From IMG/VR virus record IMGVR_UViG_3300050010_000073, positions 1 to 55,009 of that record: 55,009 bases of DNA, one strand, 5' to 3'. The position numbers and the translations under genes are program-made. Of the stretch, positions 1-9,998 are shown piece by piece (the stretch's first letter is position 1; each line of letters starts with the position of its first letter). Source of the DNA: a virus (Duplodnaviria > Caudoviricetes). The notes beneath the pieces are model-generated. The model worked only from the letters and a program-made list of their open reading frames with translations, was not told where the DNA came from and made no database searches.

Positions 1-127
1 GCTACAGGGAATCCTAGTTTTTCTCCTATCCTATTAACATCACTAAATATACCACCCATAGCAGCTTGCTTGGCAATTTCACCAACTAACTGTTTAGTAT
101 CAAAAGGTTGATTAGATTGTTGCTGTT
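1..127. repeat. Terminal overlap identical to 54883-55009 (circular assembly overlap)
   Basis: Exact 127-nt match at both ends. The length equals a common assembler k-mer and the overlap lies inside a CDS, so it indicates a complete circular contig rather than a biological DTR. Confidence 0.95.
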
Positions 128-860
128 GACTATAATCTTGTATACCAGCTATACCACCTTGAATACCAGCATTGACCAATCTATTAACTAAAGCTTGTTG
201 TGCATCTTTAGATATAGTAGTTGTTCCCATACCTAAAGCTCTACTAGCTAGTCCACCAGCAGTTTGAATATCCCGTGGAATATCTTTTATATTAGGTTTG
301 AAACCGCTAAGAGCAAAGTTAACTCCTTCTCCAGCAAAACTTCCAACAGGAGATTGTGTTTGGTCAGCAGCCAACTGTTGTTGCCAAGCCTGATAAGCTT
401 CTGGGGACATAACAGCTTTTTCAGCAGCATTTTGCAGTTTACTGCTTTCATAATTAGCTAACATTCCCACAGCTATAGGAACAAGTAGACTTGTTCCCCA
501 TGTAGCAGGAGCAGCTCCAACTGCCCAAGGCATTGTAGCTCCAGCTGCTGCCGTTCCAGTGATACCAGGAACTCCACCTTGAACTACAGTTCTACCCATC
601 GCTCCACCAAAACTAGATGTAGGCATCTGTTGAGCTGTAGTAGGTTGGAGTTGGGGTTGCTGGGATGTAGATTCAGCATTGCTGCCTCCAAATCCTGGCT
701 GCTGATGTCCCATAATAGCACTGGGTTGTCCTATAGAGCTTATAGGTGTAACCCTCATTCCTTCACCTTCTTGAACCATAGTGAACCTGTCTGGATCATA
801 TCCTAGAGCTTTGAGCTGTCCAGGAATATCTACTTGACCTACATCTAGGGGAGTTGGCAT
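1..860 (-). CDS. N-terminal part of the giant polyvalent/ejection protein; continues across the junction into 54941-48924
   Basis: ATG at 860 (MPTPLDVGQVDIPGQ...) stays open to the window edge and is in frame with MGGIFSDV at 59 (=54941). This adds 267 aa, for ~2,272 aa in total. Missed by the ORF track. Confidence 0.9.
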   Translation of the reverse strand, partial: MPTPLDVGQVDIPGQLKALGYDPDRFTMVQEGEGMRVTPISSIGQPSAIMGHQQPGFGGSNAESTSQQPQLQPTTAQQMPTSSFGGAMGRTVVQGGVPGITGTAAAGATMPWAVGAAPATWGTSLLVPIAVGMLANYESSKLQNAAEKAVMSPEAYQAWQQQLAADQTQSPVGSFAGEGVNFALSGFKPNIKDIPRDIQTAGGLASRALGMGTTTISKDAQQALVNRLVNAGIQGGIAGIQDYSQQQQSNQPFDTKQLVGEIAKQAAMGGIFSDVNRIGEKLGFPV

Positions 861-868
861 AAGTGGTA

Positions 869-1972
869 TTATTGTTGAGGAGGATAAATAGGCATACCAT
901 TAGGAAGAGTGCCTATAGGAGCAGGATAACCATTAGGGCTTAAGCCAGGAGAAGCAGTAGTGGGTGGCCTATAAGAAGGAGCACCTGCATTAGTTCCAGA
1001 AGCTTGATTACCAAGACTAAGAGCAGCATCAATTCTACCTTGTTCAGCTCCTGCTGCTGTACTATAAGCTTTTTGACCTGCCATCAAATATTGCATAATG
1101 TTAGCAGCATTAGGCATAGAAGCTCCAGTGGCAGGATTGACTCTATTAGGAGAAACAGGGAAACTATTGGCTGCTATATTAGGAGCATAATTAGCACCCA
1201 TCCTAGCTATATTGCGAGCCAGAACCTGTTGCATAGGAGTCAACTCTAACTGGTTACCTATCTGTTGTCCAATCAATTTGTTCTGCTGCATCGTATTCTG
1301 TAATCTCTGAGGTTGTATTGCTTTCTCTGTTTGAGCTACATTCTGTGCTGTGGTTCCACCTGCTACATTCTCCCATATGTGTCTATTAGCTTCAGATGAT
1401 CCTACCTCACTAGCTTGTGGTATCATACCTCCAGCCATCTTAGCTCTATATAAAGCCTCAGCTTGAGCAGCTTGATTACTACCCATCTGAGTCTGTTGCC
1501 CACTTTGGGCTACACCCCTATAGCCCGGCTCAAGAGCTGCACTATCCTGAGGAGTTACATTGCGTTGAAGAGCTAGATTGAGTAGGTTCTGAGCACCAGC
1601 CTGATCTTTTCCTAATACATTCTGTCCTACCATTTGACCACCTTGAATGTTGGCTTGTGCCATATTATCAGCCATTCTTCCACCACCAAATATAGCATCC
1701 CATCTTTGCTGTGCTGGAGACATCTGTATGGGAGTATAAGAAGCTGGAGTAGCCGGACGAGGTTGAGTCTGAGGTTGATCTTGTTGATCTCCTTGTCCTA
1801 CAATAGCCTGTAATTGCTGATGAAAAGGAGAATTGGTTTGATCAAGTTGCTGCTGTAGTGTAGCAGGTATAGCAGCCTGTGAAGGTTGAAACTGGCCGCC
1901 ACTAATAGCAGTAGTTAAATCAGGACGAGCACCAACAAGAGTGCCAAGTAAAGCTCCAAAGTCAATAGGCAT
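869..1972 (-). CDS. Putative internal virion (DNA ejection) protein
   Basis: 367 aa, Q/A/G-rich; lies between the tail genes and the giant protein, as in podovirus ejectosome modules. Confidence 0.6.
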   Translation of the reverse strand: MPIDFGALLGTLVGARPDLTTAISGGQFQPSQAAIPATLQQQLDQTNSPFHQQLQAIVGQGDQQDQPQTQPRPATPASYTPIQMSPAQQRWDAIFGGGRMADNMAQANIQGGQMVGQNVLGKDQAGAQNLLNLALQRNVTPQDSAALEPGYRGVAQSGQQTQMGSNQAAQAEALYRAKMAGGMIPQASEVGSSEANRHIWENVAGGTTAQNVAQTEKAIQPQRLQNTMQQNKLIGQQIGNQLELTPMQQVLARNIARMGANYAPNIAANSFPVSPNRVNPATGASMPNAANIMQYLMAGQKAYSTAAGAEQGRIDAALSLGNQASGTNAGAPSYRPPTTASPGLSPNGYPAPIGTLPNGMPIYPPQQ

Positions 1973-1990
1973 ATATAATATCTCCTTGTG

Positions 1991-2728
1991 TTATTTAGTG
2001 TGTTTCCAAATACTAAACCAAAATCTCTGATATCCCGTTCTAGCCCTACAGCCTTTAACAGACATTAACCAGCCACAATGTTCTGTTAGGGGTTTAACCA
2101 TAAGCTCTTGCACTAAACCATCTACAAGAGGAAACCAGTGCATGAGAGGAACAAGCCATCTAGCCATCCTCTTATATCCTCTTGCTACGGCCGGCTCTTG
2201 CTCATAAGCTATATTACGCATTGGTCTAATGAACCAAGGTAAATAGCCTCCATTACCATAAGTCATTATCCAGCAGCACATATCAGCCAATCCACCAGCA
2301 CTACCAGCTCCAGCTGCTACTCCTCCAGCCGCTCCAGCATCAGCAGCAGCACCAAGATCAGCTCCACCAACTCCTACAGCTGTATTAGCAGCAGCTTTGG
2401 CAGCAGCGGGAGCAAGAGTTGTGTCGGCTGTTGTCCCACCTAGCCAAGAGGGCAGAACCTTTTGTACCTGTTGATTAGCCCAATCTCCTAGGGCTTTATT
2501 AACACTACCAGGCGGTCCCATATTAGGTAAATTAGAATTAGGAAGTTGAGGCAAACCCTGACTACTTCCTAATCCTCCAGGATTAAAACTACCAGGCTGT
2601 TGTTGTACTTGATTTGAGCCTACAGATATATTACCTCCTTGAGCATTATTGATAGCTTGCTGATTTATTGCAGCCCACGGAGTAGCAGCAAGTTGAACAG
2701 CAGTTGTTGGTGCGAATTGAGTTGCCAT
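1991..2728 (-). CDS. Putative ejection protein with C-terminal CFI-box-CTERM-like domain
   Basis: Gly/Ala-rich body followed by MCCWIMTYG...LPWFIR..R...GYKRMARWLVPLM, a domain shared with the adjacent gene. Confidence 0.6.
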   Translation of the reverse strand: MATQFAPTTAVQLAATPWAAINQQAINNAQGGNISVGSNQVQQQPGSFNPGGLGSSQGLPQLPNSNLPNMGPPGSVNKALGDWANQQVQKVLPSWLGGTTADTTLAPAAAKAAANTAVGVGGADLGAAADAGAAGGVAAGAGSAGGLADMCCWIMTYGNGGYLPWFIRPMRNIAYEQEPAVARGYKRMARWLVPLMHWFPLVDGLVQELMVKPLTEHCGWLMSVKGCRARTGYQRFWFSIWKHTK

Positions 2729-2746
2729 AATGGGTAATGTATAGTG

Positions 2747-4357
2747 TTATATGTTTCTCCAAATCATCCACCAGAACTTCTTATATCCTATTCTAGCTCT
2801 GCATCCTTCTACCTTCATCTGGTAACCAGCTTGTTCTGATAGAGGCCCAACCATAAACTGATTGACAAGCCAAGACACAATAGAAGAGTGTTGCATCAAA
2901 GGAACTAACCAGCGAGCCATTCTTTTGTAGCCATCACCGAGTCTGGGTTCTTTAGCATACTCTATATCTCTGGCCGCCCTCACAAACCAAGGTAGTGTGC
3001 CATTATAGATCTCAAGGAAGATGAAGCAGCAATTAGCTCCTCCACCCATACTAGATGAACTTCCACTAGAAGCCTGTTGTCCAGCTTGAGCACTATTAGC
3101 AGAGTTAAAAGTAGAACCTAGCTGATTCATTATTCCTCCACCTACAGCTGCTGATGTATTTCCTAAACCAAAAGCATTATTAGGAGAAGTCAAAAACTGA
3201 TTGCTAGAAGTAGAAGTATTAGGACTAGATGTTCCACTAGGTTGTCCAGTTGCTAGCCCAAAAGCATTCTGACCTCCCTGTAATGTATTAGCTGTATTGG
3301 CAGAAGAGGAAGCTAGATTAGCAAAATTGGATTGCTTCTGTTGTAAACCCTGACCGAACAGCATAGCATTGCCTATATTGGTAAGAGGATTTTGCACATT
3401 AGCATTTCCAGCACCATAGTTCTGCTGAGACATTCCCCTGCTTATAGCCGCTTGTTCAGAGCCGCTAAGAGCATTGGGATTCTGATCCTGCATCATAGAT
3501 GATAAGCCAGACATTGTAGAGTTATAGGCTGGATTCATCTGACCCTGTAGATTATTGTATCCACTTATTAGACTATTGGCTTGTGGAGATCCCAGTGTAT
3601 TACTAAGAGCATTAGTATTAGACTGCAAATTACTGGCTCCCATTTGTTGGGAAGTAGCATTAAGCAGTGGAGCATACTGATTATACAAGCTAGTATCAGC
3701 ACCCATTAGACTAGAATTAGCTTGATTAGCAGCATTGGTAGCTGCTGTTGTATAACCGGGCATTTGAGCTTCAAGTGCTTTATAGTAAGCTGGCATCTCA
3801 CTTACTACCTGTGATGACATATTTTCAGCAGCAGTACTACCACTCATAGCAGGTGTAACTGGTGCTGAACTGTTACTGCTACCACTTACATTAGCATCAC
3901 ACCGTAGAGAAGCTACGAATTGTTGCATCGGTGAAGGTGTCCAATCAGAAGTTTTCATATCTTTTTGTTGTCTCTTAAGGTTTCTTGCTGAAATTCTTGC
4001 CCACAGTCTAACTAAACGATCTCCATTGATGTGTTGTCTGTCCAGTTTATTCTTTCTTTCATGTATTGCATAACCCTTGAAATGGCTATCAAAAATACAA
4101 CACATAGCTATAACTGCACGGGGTGTTATATTAAGATTTCTATCTACATATAAAATTCGCTTATCATGGTCTGCATGAGCAACAATGATGCCAGTCACCC
4201 TACTCTCTTCTACATGGTAGGCTAATCCATCACGTTGAGAAGCCTCTTGTAGTTCCTTGATGATCTCGGCTGAAGACATACCAATGAATACTTTATCCTG
4301 TCTATAAGACAGAATAAAAATAAGCAATTCGCCCAATGTAGGTATATTATTGTTCAT
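2747..4357 (-). CDS. Putative ejection protein: N-terminal GNAT-like/assembly domain fused to an S/N/Q-rich body and a C-terminal CFI-box-like domain
   Basis: The first ~133 aa look globular and sit in the position of podovirus gp13/GNAT-like genes. Possible internal start at 3958. C-terminal GGGANCCFIFLEIY... domain. Confidence 0.55.
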   Translation of the reverse strand: MNNNIPTLGELLIFILSYRQDKVFIGMSSAEIIKELQEASQRDGLAYHVEESRVTGIIVAHADHDKRILYVDRNLNITPRAVIAMCCIFDSHFKGYAIHERKNKLDRQHINGDRLVRLWARISARNLKRQQKDMKTSDWTPSPMQQFVASLRCDANVSGSSNSSAPVTPAMSGSTAAENMSSQVVSEMPAYYKALEAQMPGYTTAATNAANQANSSLMGADTSLYNQYAPLLNATSQQMGASNLQSNTNALSNTLGSPQANSLISGYNNLQGQMNPAYNSTMSGLSSMMQDQNPNALSGSEQAAISRGMSQQNYGAGNANVQNPLTNIGNAMLFGQGLQQKQSNFANLASSSANTANTLQGGQNAFGLATGQPSGTSSPNTSTSSNQFLTSPNNAFGLGNTSAAVGGGIMNQLGSTFNSANSAQAGQQASSGSSSSMGGGANCCFIFLEIYNGTLPWFVRAARDIEYAKEPRLGDGYKRMARWLVPLMQHSSIVSWLVNQFMVGPLSEQAGYQMKVEGCRARIGYKKFWWMIWRNI

Positions 4358-6128
4358 TGGATGCTATAACTTCCATCAACTGGGCATAGTCTCTGGCCTG
4401 CTGCTTCATGCCAGAAGCTAGTACGTTACCTTCTCCAGCAGCATTAGCTTGTAAGAGCATAGCTTTGAAGTTCCAGGTAACCCAAAATCCTAGTTTAACC
4501 CCTGGCATTATTGTACCTAAATTGAAAGCAGGAGAACGAGTTTGATCCGATGTGTTATCTCCAAAAGGCAAAGACTGAGGATAGGGAATTATATTAGTTG
4601 CATCAGCATCTGCCTCTATAAACTTAGAAAGTGTATCTACATGTTGACTATCCAAATAAACATCCACATTTACTGTTCCTGACTCCACAACCCTAGTAAA
4701 TACAGGATTTAGAATTTTGGGCTTTAGCTCTATTCCTTGACCTGTAGGAGTGAAATCTCCAATGTAGAAACCACACTCTGCTGTGCTTCCGCCGAAATAC
4801 TGATAGAGCTTATTATCCCCACCTATAAAGAAGAGTTCTCGTATTCCAGTCGTAGTCTTTATGTCAGCAAATTGCTTAATAGAGATAGAGACATCAGAAC
4901 CAAAGAGTTGATCGAAAGAAACAAAGGACTGGAATAGAGTGTCATAAACTAGAACTCCATATCCATAAATTGTATTAACAGCAAAGAAGCCATAGTCTGA
5001 CCACGTAATAGCTGCTGTTATATCCTGCACTATAGCTGTATTATCATCATCAGCATTACCAAAGAAAGCATTCATCTTAGCTGAGAATGGAGCATTACGA
5101 CCCTCAAAACGGGTTTGCAATATAGAGTTAAAAGACTTTATTCCACTATCATCTATGAGGGCGGCATCACCTAATATATCAGTAACTGAGACATTATTTT
5201 TGGGGCCAGTAGAAAAAAGTAATTGATTGGTATAGGTTGGTTCACCAAAGATGGTTGTATTGTAGTTAGGAGCTACCAAGTATGAAGCTTTTTGTGTTGC
5301 AGCATAAAAAGAAGTTCCTAGCCCATTTGTAGATGGAGCACCACTAACTGCAGATAAACAAGTAATAGGAGTGTAATCTACTGAGTAAGCAGCTGCTAAA
5401 GCACCACCTGTAGATTCTGATGGTACTTTATTTCCATTAACATCGATAGCTACTACGAAATCAAGAGGACGGCCAGATACAGAGGAAGCTATCATTGTAA
5501 ATCTATTTACTGTATCTTTAATTAGACAATAGAGTTTATTGTTGATCCACAGCATCATAGTTCCAACAGGAACATATTCCCGAACATTATTTGCATCCCA
5601 TTGTATATAGGTTTGAGCAGCCCTAGCTGATCCATCAGGTAGGATGAGGAAAGGTTGACTAGTTCCATCCTGACAAACTATACAAGCAGGAGAACCATTT
5701 ATCAAAGATCCAACCAACTGAACACCACCAGATGCTATAACCAATCCAGTGCCAGCATCCACTTGAGGAGTTCTATTATAATTTATTGTACTAGCAGGCA
5801 CGCTACAAGCATAGATGACCGGGGCCGTTGCCGACATTTGAAATCCGGGCTGTACATGAAAGCTAGTATCGCTAACATCATAATCTCTGAAATAGCACAG
5901 GCCATCAGCAAATACTAGAAGAAAGTTATCAAAGCCATATACACCCTGTAAGTTACCGAAAGGCGGTAAAGTACTACTAAGATCTTGAGGAAGAGTTATG
6001 GGCTGTGGCCCTCCATTTCTTATACGTCCATTAGCCATGAGAGCATACTCTCCAGGAGCCAACTGGGCAGTATCTTTCTGCCTATTCATGGAAGCAAAAT
6101 TAGACTGTATGAAGGGTATTAGGGCCAT
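4347..6128 (-). CDS. Tail nozzle / packaged-DNA stabilization protein (beta-propeller-like)
   Basis: 593 aa, beta-rich; directly follows the adaptor-like gene in podovirus synteny. Confidence 0.6.
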   Translation of the reverse strand: MALIPFIQSNFASMNRQKDTAQLAPGEYALMANGRIRNGGPQPITLPQDLSSTLPPFGNLQGVYGFDNFLLVFADGLCYFRDYDVSDTSFHVQPGFQMSATAPVIYACSVPASTINYNRTPQVDAGTGLVIASGGVQLVGSLINGSPACIVCQDGTSQPFLILPDGSARAAQTYIQWDANNVREYVPVGTMMLWINNKLYCLIKDTVNRFTMIASSVSGRPLDFVVAIDVNGNKVPSESTGGALAAAYSVDYTPITCLSAVSGAPSTNGLGTSFYAATQKASYLVAPNYNTTIFGEPTYTNQLLFSTGPKNNVSVTDILGDAALIDDSGIKSFNSILQTRFEGRNAPFSAKMNAFFGNADDDNTAIVQDITAAITWSDYGFFAVNTIYGYGVLVYDTLFQSFVSFDQLFGSDVSISIKQFADIKTTTGIRELFFIGGDNKLYQYFGGSTAECGFYIGDFTPTGQGIELKPKILNPVFTRVVESGTVNVDVYLDSQHVDTLSKFIEADADATNIIPYPQSLPFGDNTSDQTRSPAFNLGTIMPGVKLGFWVTWNFKAMLLQANAAGEGNVLASGMKQQARDYAQLMEVIASNEQ

Positions 6129-7177
6129 ACTAAGTTATTGAAAGAATAGGGGAATCCCAGTGGATAACCAGGATACTGTTGATTGAGCATGATGTTAGCA
6201 AAAGCATCTAAGACTGGATTCTCACCAAAATTCATGGACATCTCCATAGAAGAAGAAGTATCCTGAGAAATGTTCTTAACTATCTGATCACATTTAGCCT
6301 TGTATTCTTTGGCTTGATTAGCTGAGAATACAGTAGCATCACTAGAGAGTAGGATTCTGTTCTCTTTATATTTCCAGTAGATAGCTTGATCGTAGTTTGG
6401 GCAAATGAATTCATCTGTAGCTTGAGCTATAGTAGCTGGAGTAGCAAACTCTTTGAACCTGAGCTTCCAGAGGACTTCAACATAGGTAGAAGCTGGTTGA
6501 AATGTTCCGCCAGTACCATTTAGATTGTTGGGCATATTAACAATCTGTACTATCTGAAAGAGAGCTTTAGGTTGATTGTTGGCAATACCAGAGATAGGAC
6601 GATTATCAACATCAGTTATTACAACATTAGATGCCGTCATGCTATCTTTAGTTATAGCCGAAATATCCAAGAACTGGTTTATGGTGCTATGAGTACTATC
6701 GCCGGGTTGAAAAGTCAAAGTTTCTATGGCCTGGTTTGCTGTAGGAGTTGTACCGATAAAAGTAACATTAACAAGGCTAGTTACAGGTTTCTGGAAAGTA
6801 GCTGTTAGTATAGAAGCATTGACTATATCAGTACTTAATGCTCTATCTCCTTTGATCTCCCAACTCAGGAAGTCTTTGGATTGCCAGAACTTGGCTGTAT
6901 ATCTGGGAGCCATAGACCTGATTTTAAGATTGAGCTGAGGAGAATAATAGCGAACTGCCCTTACCTTGCCCACATAGTAAGGCAAGGAGATCATATTGCC
7001 CTGTGGAACATCTACATCCCTAACTTGCTCTCTTAAAGAGCCTACTAGATCATTCTCCTCATAGAGTTCTTTGGCAGCATCATTGATCTTGCGTGTGGTA
7101 AACATGAGCTGGTCACTATTAACCAGGTCTATGCCACCATCAGCAGCAATGTTTGATAATATGTCTTTGAGGGCCAT
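6119..7177 (-). CDS. Head-tail adaptor / tail tubular protein A-like
   Basis: Likely start MALKDIL at 7177. Helical N-terminus (KINDAAKELY), a YDQAIYW-type C-terminal motif and synteny support the call. Confidence 0.55.
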   Translation of the reverse strand: MALKDILSNIAADGGIDLVNSDQLMFTTRKINDAAKELYEENDLVGSLREQVRDVDVPQGNMISLPYYVGKVRAVRYYSPQLNLKIRSMAPRYTAKFWQSKDFLSWEIKGDRALSTDIVNASILTATFQKPVTSLVNVTFIGTTPTANQAIETLTFQPGDSTHSTINQFLDISAITKDSMTASNVVITDVDNRPISGIANNQPKALFQIVQIVNMPNNLNGTGGTFQPASTYVEVLWKLRFKEFATPATIAQATDEFICPNYDQAIYWKYKENRILLSSDATVFSANQAKEYKAKCDQIVKNISQDTSSSMEMSMNFGENPVLDAFANIMLNQQYPGYPLGFPYSFNNLVWP

Positions 7178-7191
7178 AGGATGAATCTTTC

Positions 7192-8454
7192 TTAGGCAAT
7201 CGCATAACATTTAACACAGAAGTTATTCCAAGAAGTTGGTACAACAGGAGCACCACCACCAGCTTTGATAGCCAACAAAACAGAAAGACTAAGCCCTGAG
7301 CCACTGTGATTAAAATTATATGATACTAAAACATCAGCAGCATTGGAAGCAATACTAACTGGAGTGATGTTTAATACAGAAGCTGCTGCATTAGTAGAAG
7401 TATTGTATGAATAAAGTCCTGCCACAGCATCTATCTCATCTCCAACTTGATAGCCTGTTGCAGTATCATTGGTTATACAAGCAAGAACAACCCTTACAAA
7501 CTTTGGTATAACTCCAAGTCCATGAGCAAAAACAATTTGATAAGCACCAAAACTTTGAAAAGGTGGTGTAGCGTTGGCAGGAGGAATAGAAGTAGAACTA
7601 ACATAGGGAGCACCCAGACCATTTATCCAACTAAATCCTGTAGCTCCACCATTTACTTGTGGTGTCTGTCCAGCAGTTCCTATCGCTGACCACTGCAAAG
7701 CTGTTCCACCAGCATTAACTTGAGGAATAGCTCCTGCCGCCCCCAACCCTGATGCCTGACTAAGCTGTGCAAAGTAGTCCATAAGTTCTGTCCATAAAGT
7801 ACCACCAGTATTCATTATCAGGATATTGGAGGCCGGCCCAAGCTTTATCTTACCTTGAGCACCAACTGGATTGATGCCTGCTCCTGCTCCTGCTCCAATA
7901 GATTGAATCTGAGCATCTTGTACTCCATTGGCATCCCCAGTCATATACATAGTGCTATTTAATGTATTAGGCGCCACAGTAGGATTAGGATAATTACCTG
8001 TTAGTCCACCACCTGCCACACCAGAGATAGGTAAGGAACCAACAACTTTGGAAGCATTCACCGAAGCTATATTAGCATCTGTAATTCCTTGTCCACTGGT
8101 AGCCAAAGCTATCATAGCTCCAGTAATAGACTGATTGGCTATAGCTCCAGAAAACAGGGGTTGCCATTTAGCATAGGTAGCTACACTACCACCATTAGGA
8201 TTCCAATAGTAGAAAGTAACTAGAGCTGTGGCCGGCTGAACCCTGCGCCACAAATACAAGTTCCATTTACTATATCCTGACACAGTAGGATCAGGAACAT
8301 TAGGAGAACCAAGAGAAGCATCTGTGGTCTCCATAATTAGCCCCTTGTCTCCAAATGGTGTCCCTGTGGTTAAGATCTGATTAAGTTGTGCTCCTGTTAC
8401 AAATTCAGCATTTGTAAGATCTTGTATATTAAGGAAGTCTTGTAGGCTAGGCAT
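7192..8454 (-). CDS. Tail fibre-like protein
   Basis: Gly-rich, with SITGAMIA/ITDANIA and GTAGQ..VNGG..G.SW fibre-type repeats and a C-terminal HGLGVIPK head-like segment. Confidence 0.6.
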   Translation of the reverse strand: MPSLQDFLNIQDLTNAEFVTGAQLNQILTTGTPFGDKGLIMETTDASLGSPNVPDPTVSGYSKWNLYLWRRVQPATALVTFYYWNPNGGSVATYAKWQPLFSGAIANQSITGAMIALATSGQGITDANIASVNASKVVGSLPISGVAGGGLTGNYPNPTVAPNTLNSTMYMTGDANGVQDAQIQSIGAGAGAGINPVGAQGKIKLGPASNILIMNTGGTLWTELMDYFAQLSQASGLGAAGAIPQVNAGGTALQWSAIGTAGQTPQVNGGATGFSWINGLGAPYVSSTSIPPANATPPFQSFGAYQIVFAHGLGVIPKFVRVVLACITNDTATGYQVGDEIDAVAGLYSYNTSTNAAASVLNITPVSIASNAADVLVSYNFNHSGSGLSLSVLLAIKAGGGAPVVPTSWNNFCVKCYAIA

Positions 8455-8463
8455 AGATTTATA

Positions 8464-9228
8464 TTAGTCTTGAGGTTCGATAACAATGGATTCTGTTCCT
8501 GCTGTTCCCTGAGAGACAATAGGATTGTACTTGGAAGTAGTTACGTTGAGCAACTCCAAAGCACCCGTAGTCATATTAAATCTGTAATTGGTTCCCACAA
8601 CTGGAATAGAAGGAAGAGCAACCTGACCAGTTATGGAAACTAAGGTTCCAGTTTGTTGTCCTGTGTATTGGGCTGCAGCACAAGGTAAGAAAGTCATAGG
8701 AAGAGCAAAGCCAAGACTAGGGTCAAATAGACTTGTATTATCTAAACTGGAACATTGACTCACAGTTCCTAATTGAAAGGTTGTTACATCTGTGAGAGAT
8801 TGTATAGCTTGTTTGACTGAGGTGGCTAGCAATAAACCAAAAGGTAATTGTAACATATTCAGTGCTCCTTGTGACCACACTTCTATAGCAAAGTTTGTGC
8901 CAACGATCATCTGACCAGTATAGAGTGGGGCTGGAATATCTTCCATTGCACTACCAGCTAGATCCCAGAACTTGTATCTTATAGGTTGTCCGGTCTTAGG
9001 ATCATTGTAACGTATGGCCAAATTGAAGTAAGCACCAACAGTGTCAATAGAAGGTATTGCCGGGATACAGAAGTTATTGGAAGCTTGATAGATAAATTGA
9101 GCTACAATGAAAGGAACACCACCAGTAGTAAAGTTTATAGAACCTAAACCAGGGATTGGCAAGTATCCTGTGGCCTTCTCAATTAGAATAGAAGGAGTTA
9201 TAGTTTCCCAGAAATTGTTTGTGAGCAT
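8464..9228 (-). CDS. Putative structural protein
   Basis: 254 aa in the late operon; its C-terminal ~42 aa resemble the C-terminus of 15438-15713. Confidence 0.45.
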   Translation of the reverse strand: MLTNNFWETITPSILIEKATGYLPIPGLGSINFTTGGVPFIVAQFIYQASNNFCIPAIPSIDTVGAYFNLAIRYNDPKTGQPIRYKFWDLAGSAMEDIPAPLYTGQMIVGTNFAIEVWSQGALNMLQLPFGLLLATSVKQAIQSLTDVTTFQLGTVSQCSSLDNTSLFDPSLGFALPMTFLPCAAAQYTGQQTGTLVSITGQVALPSIPVVGTNYRFNMTTGALELLNVTTSKYNPIVSQGTAGTESIVIEPQD

Positions 9229-9235
9229 AGGCTTC

Positions 9236-9442
9236 TTAGTGAACTCTTGCTTGATGAAAGTTGGGCTTTATCCATTTATGAAAGAATGATCCCTTAGAAA
9301 TAGAGTGCTGAAATTGCTTCCATACTTCTTCGGGAACATTTGCGTAGACATGTATTCTATTTTGATATTGAAACTTCACAGTAAGCATTTGGGTTTTAGC
9401 ATCCCAGTCTATTTCAGCAATCTGTGAACTTTCAACTTTCAT
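9236..9442 (-). CDS. KTSC domain protein
   Basis: VESSQIAEIDWD...LTVKF...Y.NVP..VW..F..S.SKGSFFHKWIK matches the KTSC pattern. Confidence 0.85.
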   Translation of the reverse strand: MKVESSQIAEIDWDAKTQMLTVKFQYQNRIHVYANVPEEVWKQFQHSISKGSFFHKWIKPNFHQARVH

Positions 9443-9613
9443 TTATGGATTGAATTGTTCGTTCTGAATCTTGGTCAGAAGGGCTTGAAACTGTTCTGGT
9501 GTAGGCGGGGTATCGCTACCGAACAGTGTTTGAAACTCTGCCACAAGAGCTGGAGTTTCGGTAATTGCAACTTGGACAAGGCTAATGATAGCCATAACAG
9601 CAGCGGGTGACAT
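9443..9613 (-). CDS. Small hypothetical protein (56 aa) with hydrophobic N-terminus
   Basis: MSPAAVMAIISLVQVAITETPALVAEF...QFNP* exactly fills the gap between its neighbours; below the ORF-track size cutoff. Confidence 0.7.
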   Translation of the reverse strand: MSPAAVMAIISLVQVAITETPALVAEFQTLFGSDTPPTPEQFQALLTKIQNEQFNP

Positions 9614-9616
9614 AGG

Positions 9617-9994
9617 TTATTGGATTTTAATGTTGAAGGACGCGAGGAGGTTTCCGAGGTCAGTAAGTGCAGCAGACTCTGCCGCCGCATTGGAAGTCAT
9701 CAGGTTAAGAACCGCTTGATTTGTAGAGCCACTTGCGGCAATAGTAGACTGTACGACAAGCAGTTCTGCTATCTTGACTTTGTTAAAAGCTGCTGCCACG
9801 TTAGTACGCGTGGCCATCGGCACTCCAGTAGTGACAGCATAGTTAGTCCAAAGACTCCAAGCTGTAACAACCGAGGCGTCGATAGCACTTTCTGATTTGT
9901 AGGCTGTAGTTGTTTGTGAAGTTGTGCAACCAACAATAATACAAGCACCAATTGTAAGTGCAAGTAGAGTTGGCATGAGTAAGTTTCTTTTCAT
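9617..9994 (-). CDS. Lipoprotein (possible lysis/spanin-like component)
   Basis: Signal peptide with lipobox IIVG-C. Confidence 0.6.
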   Translation of the reverse strand: MKRNLLMPTLLALTIGACIIVGCTTSQTTTAYKSESAIDASVVTAWSLWTNYAVTTGVPMATRTNVAAAFNKVKIAELLVVQSTIAASGSTNQAVLNLMTSNAAAESAALTDLGNLLASFNIKIQ

Positions 9995-9998
9995 ATTA

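Noticed and set aside
1-127. Biological direct terminal repeat
   Set aside because: The length matches an assembler k-mer and the repeat falls inside a continuous CDS; treated as circular overlap.
1931-1946. Additional sigma54-like motif TGGCAC-N5-TTGGT on the minus strand
   Set aside because: It lacks the -12 GC and lies within a CDS.
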